Positions 26,076 to 36,993 of a stretch of DNA of 36,993 nucleotides are shown here, one piece after another (the stretch's first letter is position 1; each line of letters starts with the position of its first letter). The notes under the pieces were generated by a model. The model saw nothing but the letters and a program-made list of their open reading frames with translations. It was not told the origin of the DNA and did not search any database. The stretch is taken from positions 62,001-98,993 of the forward strand of contig KZ538216.1 in NCBI GenBank assembly GCA_000934665.2. Reading direction: 5' to 3'. The translations under genes and the position numbers were made by a program. This DNA is from Catajapyx aquilonaris. Taxonomy: Eukaryota.

Positions 26076-29000
26076 CCTATTAAGGCAGTATTGAAATTTA
26101 TACGTATTAATATGATTTAATTACGTTATTATATTAACAGATATCTTGAAAAAAGTGACTAATATTGACTCAACTATTCTGTATATTATGGCAGCCTGAA
26201 TTTTTTAAATTTCACACGAACGTACTTGTTTTTACTTGTACTGCATTTCAAAAATCTAATTTAAAGTGGACATTATAAAATTTTAATTTTTAGGATTTGA
26301 ACACTTTTATGTACTCTGTGCCTCAAAAAATCTAAGTAATAGGCTAGGCTACTGCAGATACACTGAATATCATAAAAAGCGGTGGGGGTGAAGGAAAAAG
26401 GTGGTGAATCATTACAAATTAAAATGTTTCTATTTTTGCAACATTACTGCTTTTGAAAATCAATACATACTCTGGAGTTTGGAAGCTAGATATACGTAGT
26501 TACTAACAGTATATTTAGCCTATTTTTGAAACACCGTCGCAGTGTAATGTGCCCTGAAATAAATTCCTATGGAGTTGTAACAATATTACAGTAGATATTT
26601 AGTTTGTATAGCTGCCTGAGAAGGCTATGTTCTACTGTTCTACATCTCATGCAGATATAGTTTGGAGGCGTGCAGAATAATAGTGTGCGGATTATTTGAC
26701 CCCTGTAATTATAGGCTGATATGTATAACACTGCATACTGCACGCATTATGTAGGTTGTCTGTGAGTTCTATCATAAACTTTGTAAGGTAAATTTTTAAA
26801 TATTACTAGAGCAGTATTATGCTGGGGACGTGTCATTTGATCGACGCCACCACTTCGCGTTGTTGAGAACGTTTTTATTGTGAAGCAGAGTTGATCTTTT
26901 TTGACGATTCCTCACTCTATCTGATGTAACAGCAGCTTAAATTAGCACCAAAAATTACTACAATTTATTTTTATTGTAAGTAAATGACACTTTCTCGCTC
27001 AATGGATTCAGTACTATACACAGTATACAGGATATTCGACACCGCGTTTTTGAACATAATATTATTATCTTAATCAAAGGGCTAACAACTCCCCCAAAAA
27101 GTGTACACTAGATCCTGAAACCGCGGGTGGTTCCACCCAGTTCCAAGCCGGTTCCAGCGGTACCCTGTACACCGGTTCCACGAAGTAGTTAGCCCCTCGA
27201 TCTTAATATAGAGGCGACACTGGGCAAGTGACACTTTAATATTTAAAAATCATCTTGAATGACTATAGAACCATACAGAAGCTAAGCATAAAATTCGCAA
27301 ACACTATAATAAAAGACTCTGTTACACCATGCTGACCTTTCATGCAGAGAGCAAACCACTGATAATGTTCGTGGTCAATCACAATTTGGACCACTGGGAG
27401 AAGCTTCCCTTTCAGCTTTTCCCAAAAATTGAGAGTCCCATGACGACAAAAAGTTTGAAAATCCCCACAGCACTGTATGTTATTTTCTCGGCAGACATAT
27501 GCATTTGTACTGTTACATCTAAAGCCTAAAGCACAAAATTGAATGCACAGTTGCTTGGAACTAATAGGATTTTTCCCCCCTACCATACTGCAGGGTACGT
27601 CATGGTCGTCGCCGGAGTAACCCCCAATTAGGCCCGTATAATTCTGTACAGGAGAGGAGGGAGGCTTTTTGTTATGCCATAAACTCGGTGTCCCCAGGAT
27701 CAAATCATGCCTCCTGTGTACAACAGTACAATTTTGTAAATTAATCGTTAGGCTTGATACACATATTCAACGGCTTTATGTTGCAATAATAATGAGGCCT
27801 GGCATGGGAAATAAAAGGACTTTTGGATTCATTCATACACTAATGCTACTGTAAATATTTGTATTAATTGTTTAGTTACCAGGTGGAATTAAATAATTAT
27901 TACATTACCTCAACTACATCTCACAATACTGGCACTGTCAATGATTTACCATACATTGCAACAGCAGCCCCAATGTGTGGTTTGCTCTGCCTTTGTCTTT
28001 GCCACGCAATGATCGCATGCTCAGTAATTTGGCTGACAAAATGGGGGGATGTATGGTGTGATATATTATAACAAAGCAGTCACGCATTTTTTTGTTACAG
28101 AGTTCAAAGGGTTCATGCACTTTGTCAAAAAAGCGGCATAAAATTAGAGGACACATGATCGTGACCAAGTCAGGTCTAAGTTACTGTGTAGTGCTATCAG
28201 TAGTTTCATAGCTTCATTTCACCAACATGGGACAAACGTGCAGCTGCATGCTGATTCAATTAAATGGTACCTACGTTTATGATAAAGTGTGTCCACATGC
28301 TGTACTTCAACAAAGAAGGCTTACACTCACTTGTAATATATTTCTTTTAAAGAGTGTATGTAATATGTTATTGTAATCATTCACTATACAGTTACTGATA
28401 ATCTTCTGCTCACTTTTACCATTGTTTATACATTGCATGCCTATTTGTGCTGTCTATGGCTATGTAATGCATGGCTACTTGATTTTACAAAGTAAGCCTG
28501 TGTAATCAGTCGCTTCACACGATTCAGTCATATTTTTAGCACCTTAGTTTGGCTGCACCTGGCATGATTGTACTGTACTATACACCGCTCTATGCTACAC
28601 AAAGTGATATGTCGCTTGCAAACTTGTGGAATTAATCGTATGTTTTTGCTAACGTAGACTTCGAAATCCCGTTAATATACTGTAAAGAGTAATCGTCAGT
28701 ATTATTCACCCGGCCAGTGAATATGTAGGATGATCTCCGCCAAATCGCTTAGCCTTATTTCATAAATATAATGTCCCGAATTTATGTGCAGGTAAAAGAA
28801 TCCACAAAAGCGTTATTTCGCATTCCTGTGACACACAATGTTACTGAATTTAACAATCCTTTAACAGACTCATAATATCAGCAGTGAAAATTGCACCTGA
28901 GTCAGTATCCCATTGCCGGCAAGCCTGCAACACAATAGTTCTAGGCTTCAATTTACAAGCCGAATATAAAACACTTCCTGCAACAATTGTGCTCGTGTTC

Positions 29001-30888
29001 CGCACTACACCGCCCCCGTCACACTCTCGATAAGACTGTACAAGAGAACAAGTGCATCCTTTCACGTGCTAACCCGCTTTTGAAACAGGGGAGGGAGGGA
29101 GGCCGTGCGGAGATAGCAACCATATCATGAGTGGTCACAAAGTTGGGAGTAATTCGCAACTAAAGGGTGATGAATCGGGGCTGCACAAGAGTGGTCTTAG
29201 TCTGACCCAATGTCACGGAAGGTGGGTTCTGTTGTTCTCGGCGGGGGATCCTGGCCATTGTATTTGGAGAGCAGCGGAGCTTAATCAGATGGCGAGGGCT
29301 CGCTGAGAAAAGGGTAGTAGGCAAGCGGCGGGGGCTATTGCAGCCAAATGCATGGGAACGGCATACCTGCTGCTACTTTGTTCCCACAATGCTCCTTGTC
29401 ATGGCACAATTGATGGCTGCCGCTCCTACCCGGGTCCTACACATCAATACTCTTGTCAGAGGACAGAAAAGGAAGCACCTTGTCCACCCAGGGAGGGACG
29501 CGCCAGGCTCGCAGCTCTAATCGTCTTGTCTATGCTCCATTCTGCCAACCACACAAAGGCTACCTGTGTGCTTCAAGAGTGCGTCAAGTAGCTGCTCAAC
29601 TTTTCAGTAGCCTTCATGATGGATTCAAATCTGCGAGGAATCATATTTACAACTGGTTCGTATAATTTCCACGTGATTTGAGTATTTTGTCCAAGCATGT
29701 TATAAATGCCGAGCGTGGCAATAACAGGCGATTCAAGCACCATTACTCCAACCTCAGACGTCCTTTTTTTCCCCTCTCCTTCAACAGACTGCATAAGGCC
29801 GAGGTTGGAAGTGAGGCATGCTGGGGGATGGCTGGCTGCTTGTCATTCGGAGGAGGCTTATTTCTTTGAAAGCAGAGCATTGAGGGGTAAATTGGCGCGG
29901 AGAAAGCCGCAGGGGAAGAGGATCGGAGTGTTTAAGGCGGTGGGCAAATGGCAGGCAAAAGACGGGGGCGTCGCTTGGCACCCACTGAGCCAGACAGCTC
30001 ATCTAGGAGGATGGGAGGTAGAGCTAAGGGGGAAAGTGCATCCCAAATGGACCCCCCCTTCCTTCTAAATAGAGGCACCCCCCCTTCTTGGAATAGGGAC
30101 CTCTCCCGCCAATTCCGGTGCGGCCCGACCGCAAGGTGCCTGACTAAATGACACCACCCGAGGAGAAGCTCCACAGGCTTCACTCTGCCAGTGGTGTACA
30201 TCCATTTTAAGCCAGGGACAACACCCCCACCTCTCGTCTAATTCAGCAGCTTCAATCTGGTTCCCAGAAACTCCCTGACATGTAATCAACACGGGTGTCG
30301 CACCCGGTGCGGTATAATCATTCATGTACAACTCTATTCGATGGCTTTCTAATAAAATAAATTGGCTATTACAGTCAGACTCACAATGGTGCCCCCTGTG
30401 TTGCCCCTGCCCCCTCTCCTGCCAGCGCAAGCAACCTAATTATTTGAGTGTGCCGCACGAGCGGTGCCACCTGCGTATAATGCAGAGGTGTCACATAGGA
30501 ATAATTAGTAATCGATATATGCAATGGCAGATATGGAAATTATGAGCAATCAGGGTGTTTGGGGAGGGCGTCGAATCAGGCAAATTCTAGGGGGGGATGG
30601 AGAGGATGGGGAGGTTTGGATGGCGGAAATTACGCTCGGGCTCCCAAACCTCACATTTCTTTCCTATATGTGTCCGCTTTTCAGCTACCCTCATTTCAGG
30701 TCATTGTTCACTTATTGCCGGGCTTGACACTTTTTCCCCCAAATGCGTTGACAGTCCCTGGTAGAAGCATCGGATCGAACTATGTTCACAAGCTCTCACC
30801 AATAATAACCGGAGAAAGGCTGAGTACTTGTGAGGTTTCTCCAGGGTTGAAAAAAGCAACATCTACCGTAGTTAGCTATTGATATTAA

Positions 30889-31033
30889 GGCCGGGTTGCA
30901 TCGACTCCCGCCGAAGAAGAGCCAGGATAGTTTTTTATTCATTGTTGTCAACAATTCTGTCAACAATGAATAACAAACTATCCTGGCTCTTCTTCGGCCA
31001 GACAAATTTTCCGGGAGCCGGTGCAACCCGGCC
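30889..31033. mobile_element. PIF/Harbinger-like fold-back MITE, 145 bp, TAA target duplication
   Basis: TIR ggccgggttgcatcgactcccg (30889-30910) vs right end 31012-31033, 20/22. Inner inverted repeat 30910-30947 vs 30961-30998, 37/38. TAA at 30886-30888 and 31034-31036. Confidence 0.88.
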
Positions 31034-33010
31034 TAAAGAAAACACATTCTCTTCTTTAAAAATAAACTGCATTATCCTATTCAAATTGAAGACCCCAAAT
31101 TGAGCAAACTTTCCACTGCCTTCGTTATCTATACTGTTCTGAAGCCGCATCGAAAAAATAAGACAGTGTCAAGCACCAAGTAGTAATCCCCTCAGCCAAG
31201 AATATTAGTCTATCGATTATCTGTTACATTCAAGACGGAGTCAATTGCATTGTCCGTATAGCCTCCTTTCCCCACCATTCATTAGTCCAAAATAAAAGGA
31301 TTCTTTTTGACATAGCACTACCTAGTAACCGATTCAATTTCAGCCTTGCCTCGTACAGTAAATCTCGAGGGCAAATATCCCACTGGAACCCCGGGAGCAG
31401 ATAACGAAGTGAAACACTTTGGCATCTCTTCAGAGAAGCGCGAGGCACCTCGAAAAACTGCCCTTTACCATCTCCGCAGCGAAAAAAGGGCCTCTGGGAC
31501 TATCCATTTGTTTTTTTTGCCTCCATGCTAGCGCATTTTATTTGCTCTCCAAAAAAAAAATACAAAGCCGTGTTGCATGCTTTATATCCGTCGCTTCAGG
31601 ATTATCGGTGTGTTAAATAGAATCAATAACGGTACAATGTAGTTGATGCGCGGAAGCTACACAGGGAGGCTCCGTGCTGTGCTTCAAAAGATGTTCACTA
31701 CTGCTTACTTTCAATTGGGAGGGCCACCAGTTTCCACCGGTTTATCGACCAAATTTCATTCAATGCAACGCTCCCCGACATGTTTTCAACCACTTGGGAC
31801 CTTCACGTTCGACTCATTCGGTGCACTATGCAATAATGGAGTATTCTGATTTTGTCACAGTTGGGCTGGGAATTTGCTCGTTCCGGTGGAAGATGTAGTG
31901 TTACGCTACAGGAACATGTGATGAAAATGTCACACGATACTGAGATATCAATATGATTTCAGACCAAAAAAAATCAATGTTCATGTGTGTGTGTCGACTA
32001 TTACAAGCAATAATTTTGCAAGTTATGTAACATTATCCTGTCGGTTATACAGACTACCAGTACAGCGAGTGCATACTAAAGCCTCTTCTGAAATGGTTTA
32101 CTTTTCCAGTAAAACAAGCGACGAGCGACGAGGTGTGTAGAAAAGCGGCATATAGCACTTTCCCAAACAATTCCCCAGTAATGTCAAGAATCACATGTTT
32201 TTATAGTAGACTATCACGTTTCATATCCCCCACTAAAATTATATGCTTAGCGTCATTCCAACAACCGTTCTATAGACAAACCGCACCCTTGCATCCACAT
32301 AACCCCCGCTCTCTCTTGTACAAGTCCCACCTGTGCATACAACCCTAGACTCGATACAGGTTATATTTTACCACGACAGGCGTATACTATCCTCAACATA
32401 CACAGTAAATGCAATAAAACATTTGCGACTGATTTCTACATAGTGCCTAAGGGTCTGAAGTTCATACTTTGAAATACATAGTTAGCATCGTCTAATACAG
32501 CCACATCATTTCCGCATGACAACACCAGGTATGAATTCAATAAACCCTGAAGCACAGGCTGACAGAACTATACCATAATCGAGAAGCGTGTTTCAAGAAC
32601 TAAGTTTTGTTCCACCCAAGTAAGATGCAACGGTGCACATACGCCCGGAACGTATATAATTCGGAACCGAATTGAAAAGAAACCAACAGATTCAATTTTC
32701 TTCCCGGTAGGGGAAAGGGAATAAAACGAAAATATTGCCCGCTCTCCGTTTGTCGCCATGCTGGAGGGGGTTCAGTTGGAATTGAGGGAGAGGAGGAGAG
32801 GGGGGGCAGGGGTGATTATTTTCTCACAGCAGCTTGGGACCCACCGCCTCCTTCCCAATATGCGTACTTGGCGGAGGCTTTCCCGCCTTATTGTAAAATT
32901 GATAAGGTGGGATGAAGAGGATGTCGCCCACGGCCTCCTCATTTCAATGTTAATGCAAGCTTGGTGGCTTCTTTGCAAAGTCTGGGGGTTGTAAATTCGA
33001 GCCGACTTGA

Positions 33011-33024
33011 ACACACACACACAC
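33011..33024. repeat. (AC)7 microsatellite
   Basis: Read directly. Confidence 0.9.
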
Positions 33025-34937
33025 CCTTGCTCCATATCCAACCGTATGCATGAATTGTCTCTGTTTAATTATTTCAAAACAGAATAGGGGTGACTCTCGT
33101 TTTACATCTGTGATTTCATACCTGGCTTAAATTATCTAAAATTAGCTTGCGAGCAAACAATACTGTATTGTCACATTTTGCCATGCACATGTAAAATTAA
33201 TTCATTATATAGCAATAATAGGTAATCCAATGACAGGTTTCATGAATGTGACATATAGGCAGGCGTCGCGTCGCATTTTCAGCAGCATGTCAACTAGGAG
33301 TAGGTAACTGAACCACTGCATTTTGTGTCACATGACTGCGACACACGTTTTGAATCAGACTGACTTCTATATGCAGTGGGAAATATACAGTTTACTGTCA
33401 ACCCTTTTTCATTATGCATAGGCATGCACTGTTAAGAACAAGCATTTTGCTAAAAACAGCGGCACTTGTAAATAAAAGGCAGGAAGGTTATTCTCAAAAA
33501 AAGAGTAAAATTGACACAGAAAATGTTTTTAAAAAATGCGACTTGCAAGAGACTCTAGTCTGCATTTTCCAGCTACGTTCCCTTCTGTCGCTTGTTTCCC
33601 TCCCCACAACCGCCATTCTAGATAAAAAAATAAACATAGCCTATCTCCCTCCACCGTTAGTTGGCCCATCACTGCTATCGTGACCCGAGGACAAAATACC
33701 CCCCTCCCCATCCCCCTCCCCCTTTCCTTTGTCAACCGATGCACCATGAGCCGGTTTAAAATTCAGAACATTCAACCCTGATCATTTATTAACTTTGTTT
33801 GAGTTTGCCACGGAAGGTACGGGCTGGGGAGGGAGAGAGATCAGGACTATAGTGACGGACTAGAATAAACAGTAAACACTCGGGTTTTGCAACACGCCCA
33901 TCAGGCCCGGTTCCAAATGCTAAAGCAATGAGCTAAAGCCGAGCTAATTGCGCGAAACAGATTTGCACACCTCGAAAAGTTGGGAGCCGCGTTTCCAAGG
34001 AAGCGGCACTTTCCGCAGATAATTACAGGCCCGGAAGAATACAAGTCGACTGCAGTCTAGTGTTATGATAATTCCCGCTTTTCCCTATGTGCGCACGATA
34101 ATTACCCGCGCGCATTCGAGTGCAGAAGAAGGAGTTTGGTGGAAGGGTTGGGTTGGAAGGAGCCAGAGGAAGAAGAGGGGTGGGTATCCTCTTGGGTGTA
34201 GTATCATCTCGCAAGATTATTAGCTGCAATTGTTCTGTTGGGAAGCATCGGGCATTCATATTCATAAGTGTCATTCCTTCGAGTGTGCAAAAGGCGAGGG
34301 TATGTTTCCCCTGCTGATGCTAGCAGACTGATCATAGATTCTCTTTTGCTAGAAGTAAGCTTGCATCTGCAGTTACGTTATAAATCTCTGCATGTATAGT
34401 GTAATGGAGATTTTCAACGCAATGATGCGCCTGAAAATTCCGTGTTCGCCAGCAATTATAAAAGTGCGCCTTGTCGCGGTAACACTTTCGGGTTGCTAAG
34501 TAAAGCCAGGAGGCTTCCAGGGAGCTCAAGCCCCATTATGGCCAAAGCTTGACAAATTTTATCGGTGATGCTGTGTTTTTGACATCGCAAGAGGGCTGGA
34601 CAATTCCTCGAATTCTTTTCCGAGTATTGGAAACATCCAGAGAGTTGGAAATCATTCCCCCAAAAATTCCATTCCATATGCAACAAGACGGTAGCATTCA
34701 CCTGGAACACATTGCTCACGGATCCTCACAAAGAAAAGCTCCCTTGCTTAGATGGCGTACAAAAAAATGAAATAAAATAGCAAGCTGGAAAGAGAGGCGG
34801 ACCTCCCGAGGGTATGCTACCAGTGAGGGTGCTTCCCCCATTTTTTCTTCCTTTTTGCGTGCAAAATCGCAGAGTGTAGTGCTGCAGGCTAGAGCAGCGT
34901 GAAAGTAGTGCGGTGCGGGTATGGATCGAAGGAAAAT

Positions 34938-34963
34938 CCCACCCACCCACCCACCCACCCACC
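34938..34963. repeat. (CCCA)6 tetranucleotide repeat; (TGGG)n G-quadruplex-forming motif on the minus strand
   Basis: cccacccacccacccacccacccacc read directly. Confidence 0.92.
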
Positions 34964-35468
34964 TCCTCCCCGGCCTCCTCCTACTGCTGCCGGCTGACAG
35001 AGACGACGCACCAACAGTGGATCGAAGCACCAATCCCTTCTGGATGCCCCCTACCTTCCCTTCTTTTCTGGTTGCTGAAAAGGCTTCTAGAGTTACGTTC
35101 GTCCAGCCTGTCACCACCACTTGGCGTGCACATACTCGCTGTGCAGACCCTGACAACACGTTTGGTTTGCCACTGGCCTATCTCATATTAGATATTCCAT
35201 ATTGTTTCGAATAGGGCGGAAAAAAATGTTGAGGGTCAGTGTATACGAACGTTTCCCAGTTAAATTATTTGGAAGTATATTATCCAGATAATGGGGCACA
35301 AATATTACCGATATTCACGTGGATAATTATATTGTATGTCTATATAGGGATCAATATTTGGTCAAGGTACCCTAAGGCAATCAGTGCTAAAATACTGATA
35401 CATATTAGGTTTCAATTACAGTATTGGACATATGGGTATAACACGGAAGTCGAGGCTACAGCATGTTA

Positions 35469-35792
35469 CAGTGAAACCTGTCTGTAACAGACCATGCAGT
35501 CAGCTGAAGCTTGTTTATAAAAGATTTTTTGTTTTTCACAATGTTTGATTTTTAATGTACTGTAGAACGTGCATAGCAGAATCAATCTGTTTCGCAGAAA
35601 TTTTTCGTAATGAACAAGTTTCCGCTGTATGAGATATAAGTAGCCCGGACCAAACCAATATTTCCGCATTGTACAAGTTTATACATCCAAAGTCCGCTAC
35701 CGGTACAGTTAGGTTGCATAATTATATAACGGAAACCTGTTCAGTGCATATTTTGCGAAAAGGATCGACTATGTGAGAGAGAAGTATCACTG
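35469..35792. mobile_element. Old pogo/Tigger-like (Tc1/mariner superfamily) MITE, about 324 bp, TA duplication
   Basis: Left TA-cagtgaaacctgtctgtaacaga vs reverse complement of right end TA-cagtgatacttctctctcacata, 19/25 including TA. Internal copies of the TIR motif: ataacggaaacctgt (35726-35740) and inverted acaagtttccg (35614-35624). Confidence 0.55.
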
Positions 35793-36993
35793 TAGGCTAC
35801 TAATGAATTAAAATTCATTAAGATTAAAAACTGACTTTAAGGGTCAGTATTCAATGTGGGCAGCCTCATTAAGAAATCACAGTTATACCATTTCATATAG
35901 GACTAAATCCAGAATATATATAATTATATGGTAGTTGCACACAAAATGTGTTTTGCTATGAATTCAATACATTCAAATGTGTAATGTTGTGAAGCTGTTT
36001 ATTTTAGTCTCATATTGTTAACGTGTGAGTAGTAAGCGTATAACAGCTGCATAATAAAATGTAATGGTTTAATCTATCTAAAATCAATAGTAGCGGTTAT
36101 GGCAGATTTTCGCACAAAGTTCTGTAAAAAATTACATCGACACCTGTCCAGTCAAAACTAGACGTGATAAAACTGAAAATTCGTACGGCCCACACAAAAA
36201 AAAAATGAAAAACTAATTATCGCCAATATCGATAGATGTCTGCTCTTGCCGTGACGCCATTGAGACATGTCTCATGTTGTCATATTGGCAAACCCACCCA
36301 GCCAACAATATTGGTGATGATTATTTTGTGGCCCACCAAATTTTCAATTTTGTCACATGTCAGATTGTGCCACTCACGTATTGATACGTATTATTATCCG
36401 AAATTTAAAGTGAAATGTGAAAATATTACAGCGTACAGTATAGGCCTATTCATGTTCTGCAGAGAATTATTTGCTGAAAGATCAATTTCATTTCTTAGAC
36501 GTTACCTCAATTTGTCTCTTTATCAATAATGACATATGAACGATCCCTAACATATGCGTGTGGATTTCATTGATCTTCGTGCACCTACTGTACATATCTA
36601 TGATATCCTCATGGATATTTTTGCTGTCCTATGGCGAGCAGCACCAAACTCAGAAATTAATTGTTGACAAAAACTACCCAACAATACCCAACAAGCACAA
36701 TCCGGTCTGATTTGTTTGACTGAGTTCGGTGCTCCCTGGCCCTAATCACATTACCCGTCCAAACCTAAAGCCAGCTCACAAGGGCCAACGTCCCAAGAAG
36801 AAACGTCCTGGATGCCACCGAATCACTTTCATCCGACTGCCCAACACTGAATTGCGTTCCGTCACCATCCGTGTTTGGCAAAAATTGCCCGGTATGCTAC
36901 TGCCTACTATGCATGTGTTTTGGGGGTTGTGAGGGGGGACTTGAAACAGCTATAATTAAAGGTGTAACTCTCTGCGGCAGGAGGGGGAAAGAC

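Larger units (their letters stand above)
1..36993. other. Non-coding eukaryotic DNA (intronic/intergenic), no supported protein-coding gene
   Basis: The longest six-frame ORF is 147 aa. ORFs overlap on both strands and show no recognisable domain. The window has microsatellites, long G/C/A homopolymers, MITEs and an N gap. Short exons cannot be excluded. Confidence 0.85.

Noticed and set aside
12036..32828. Su(H) sites (YGTGRGAA) near 12036, 19186, 23021, 26039, 29381 and 32821
   Set aside because: About 4-5 are expected by chance in 37 kb; they are unclustered and not in paired-site geometry
34549..34770. MQQDGSIH as a Tc1-like FQQDGAPxH motif
   Set aside because: No flanking transposase motifs (WP.SPDL) or TIRs are recognisable
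499..36932. All listed ORFs as protein-coding genes
   Set aside because: They are short (60-147 aa), overlap on both strands, often start at GTG/TTG and show no recognisable domain; this is the level expected by chance

Overview
Eukaryotic, apparently non-coding DNA (large intron or intergenic region), probably from an arthropod or other invertebrate draft assembly. This is inferred from the transposon types, microsatellites, homopolymer runs and a 20-N gap. No ORF exceeds 147 aa and none resembles a protein family I recognise, so no CDS is called. I found no rRNA, intact tRNA, CRISPR array or conserved arthropod miRNA. The sequence supports four miniature inverted-repeat transposons: two PIF/Harbinger-like with TAA duplications (one a near-perfect fold-back, one with a doubled right end) and two Tc1/mariner/pogo-like with TA duplications. 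It also supports a frameshifted mariner transposase relic, a possible Helitron-derived fragment, a palindromic 30-bp minisatellite and several microsatellites. GC-richer blocks carry motif clusters that may be cis-regulatory, including a Pho/YY1 + GAGA cluster resembling a Polycomb response element, but these are inferences only. I could not find a convincing novel multi-gene system in this window.
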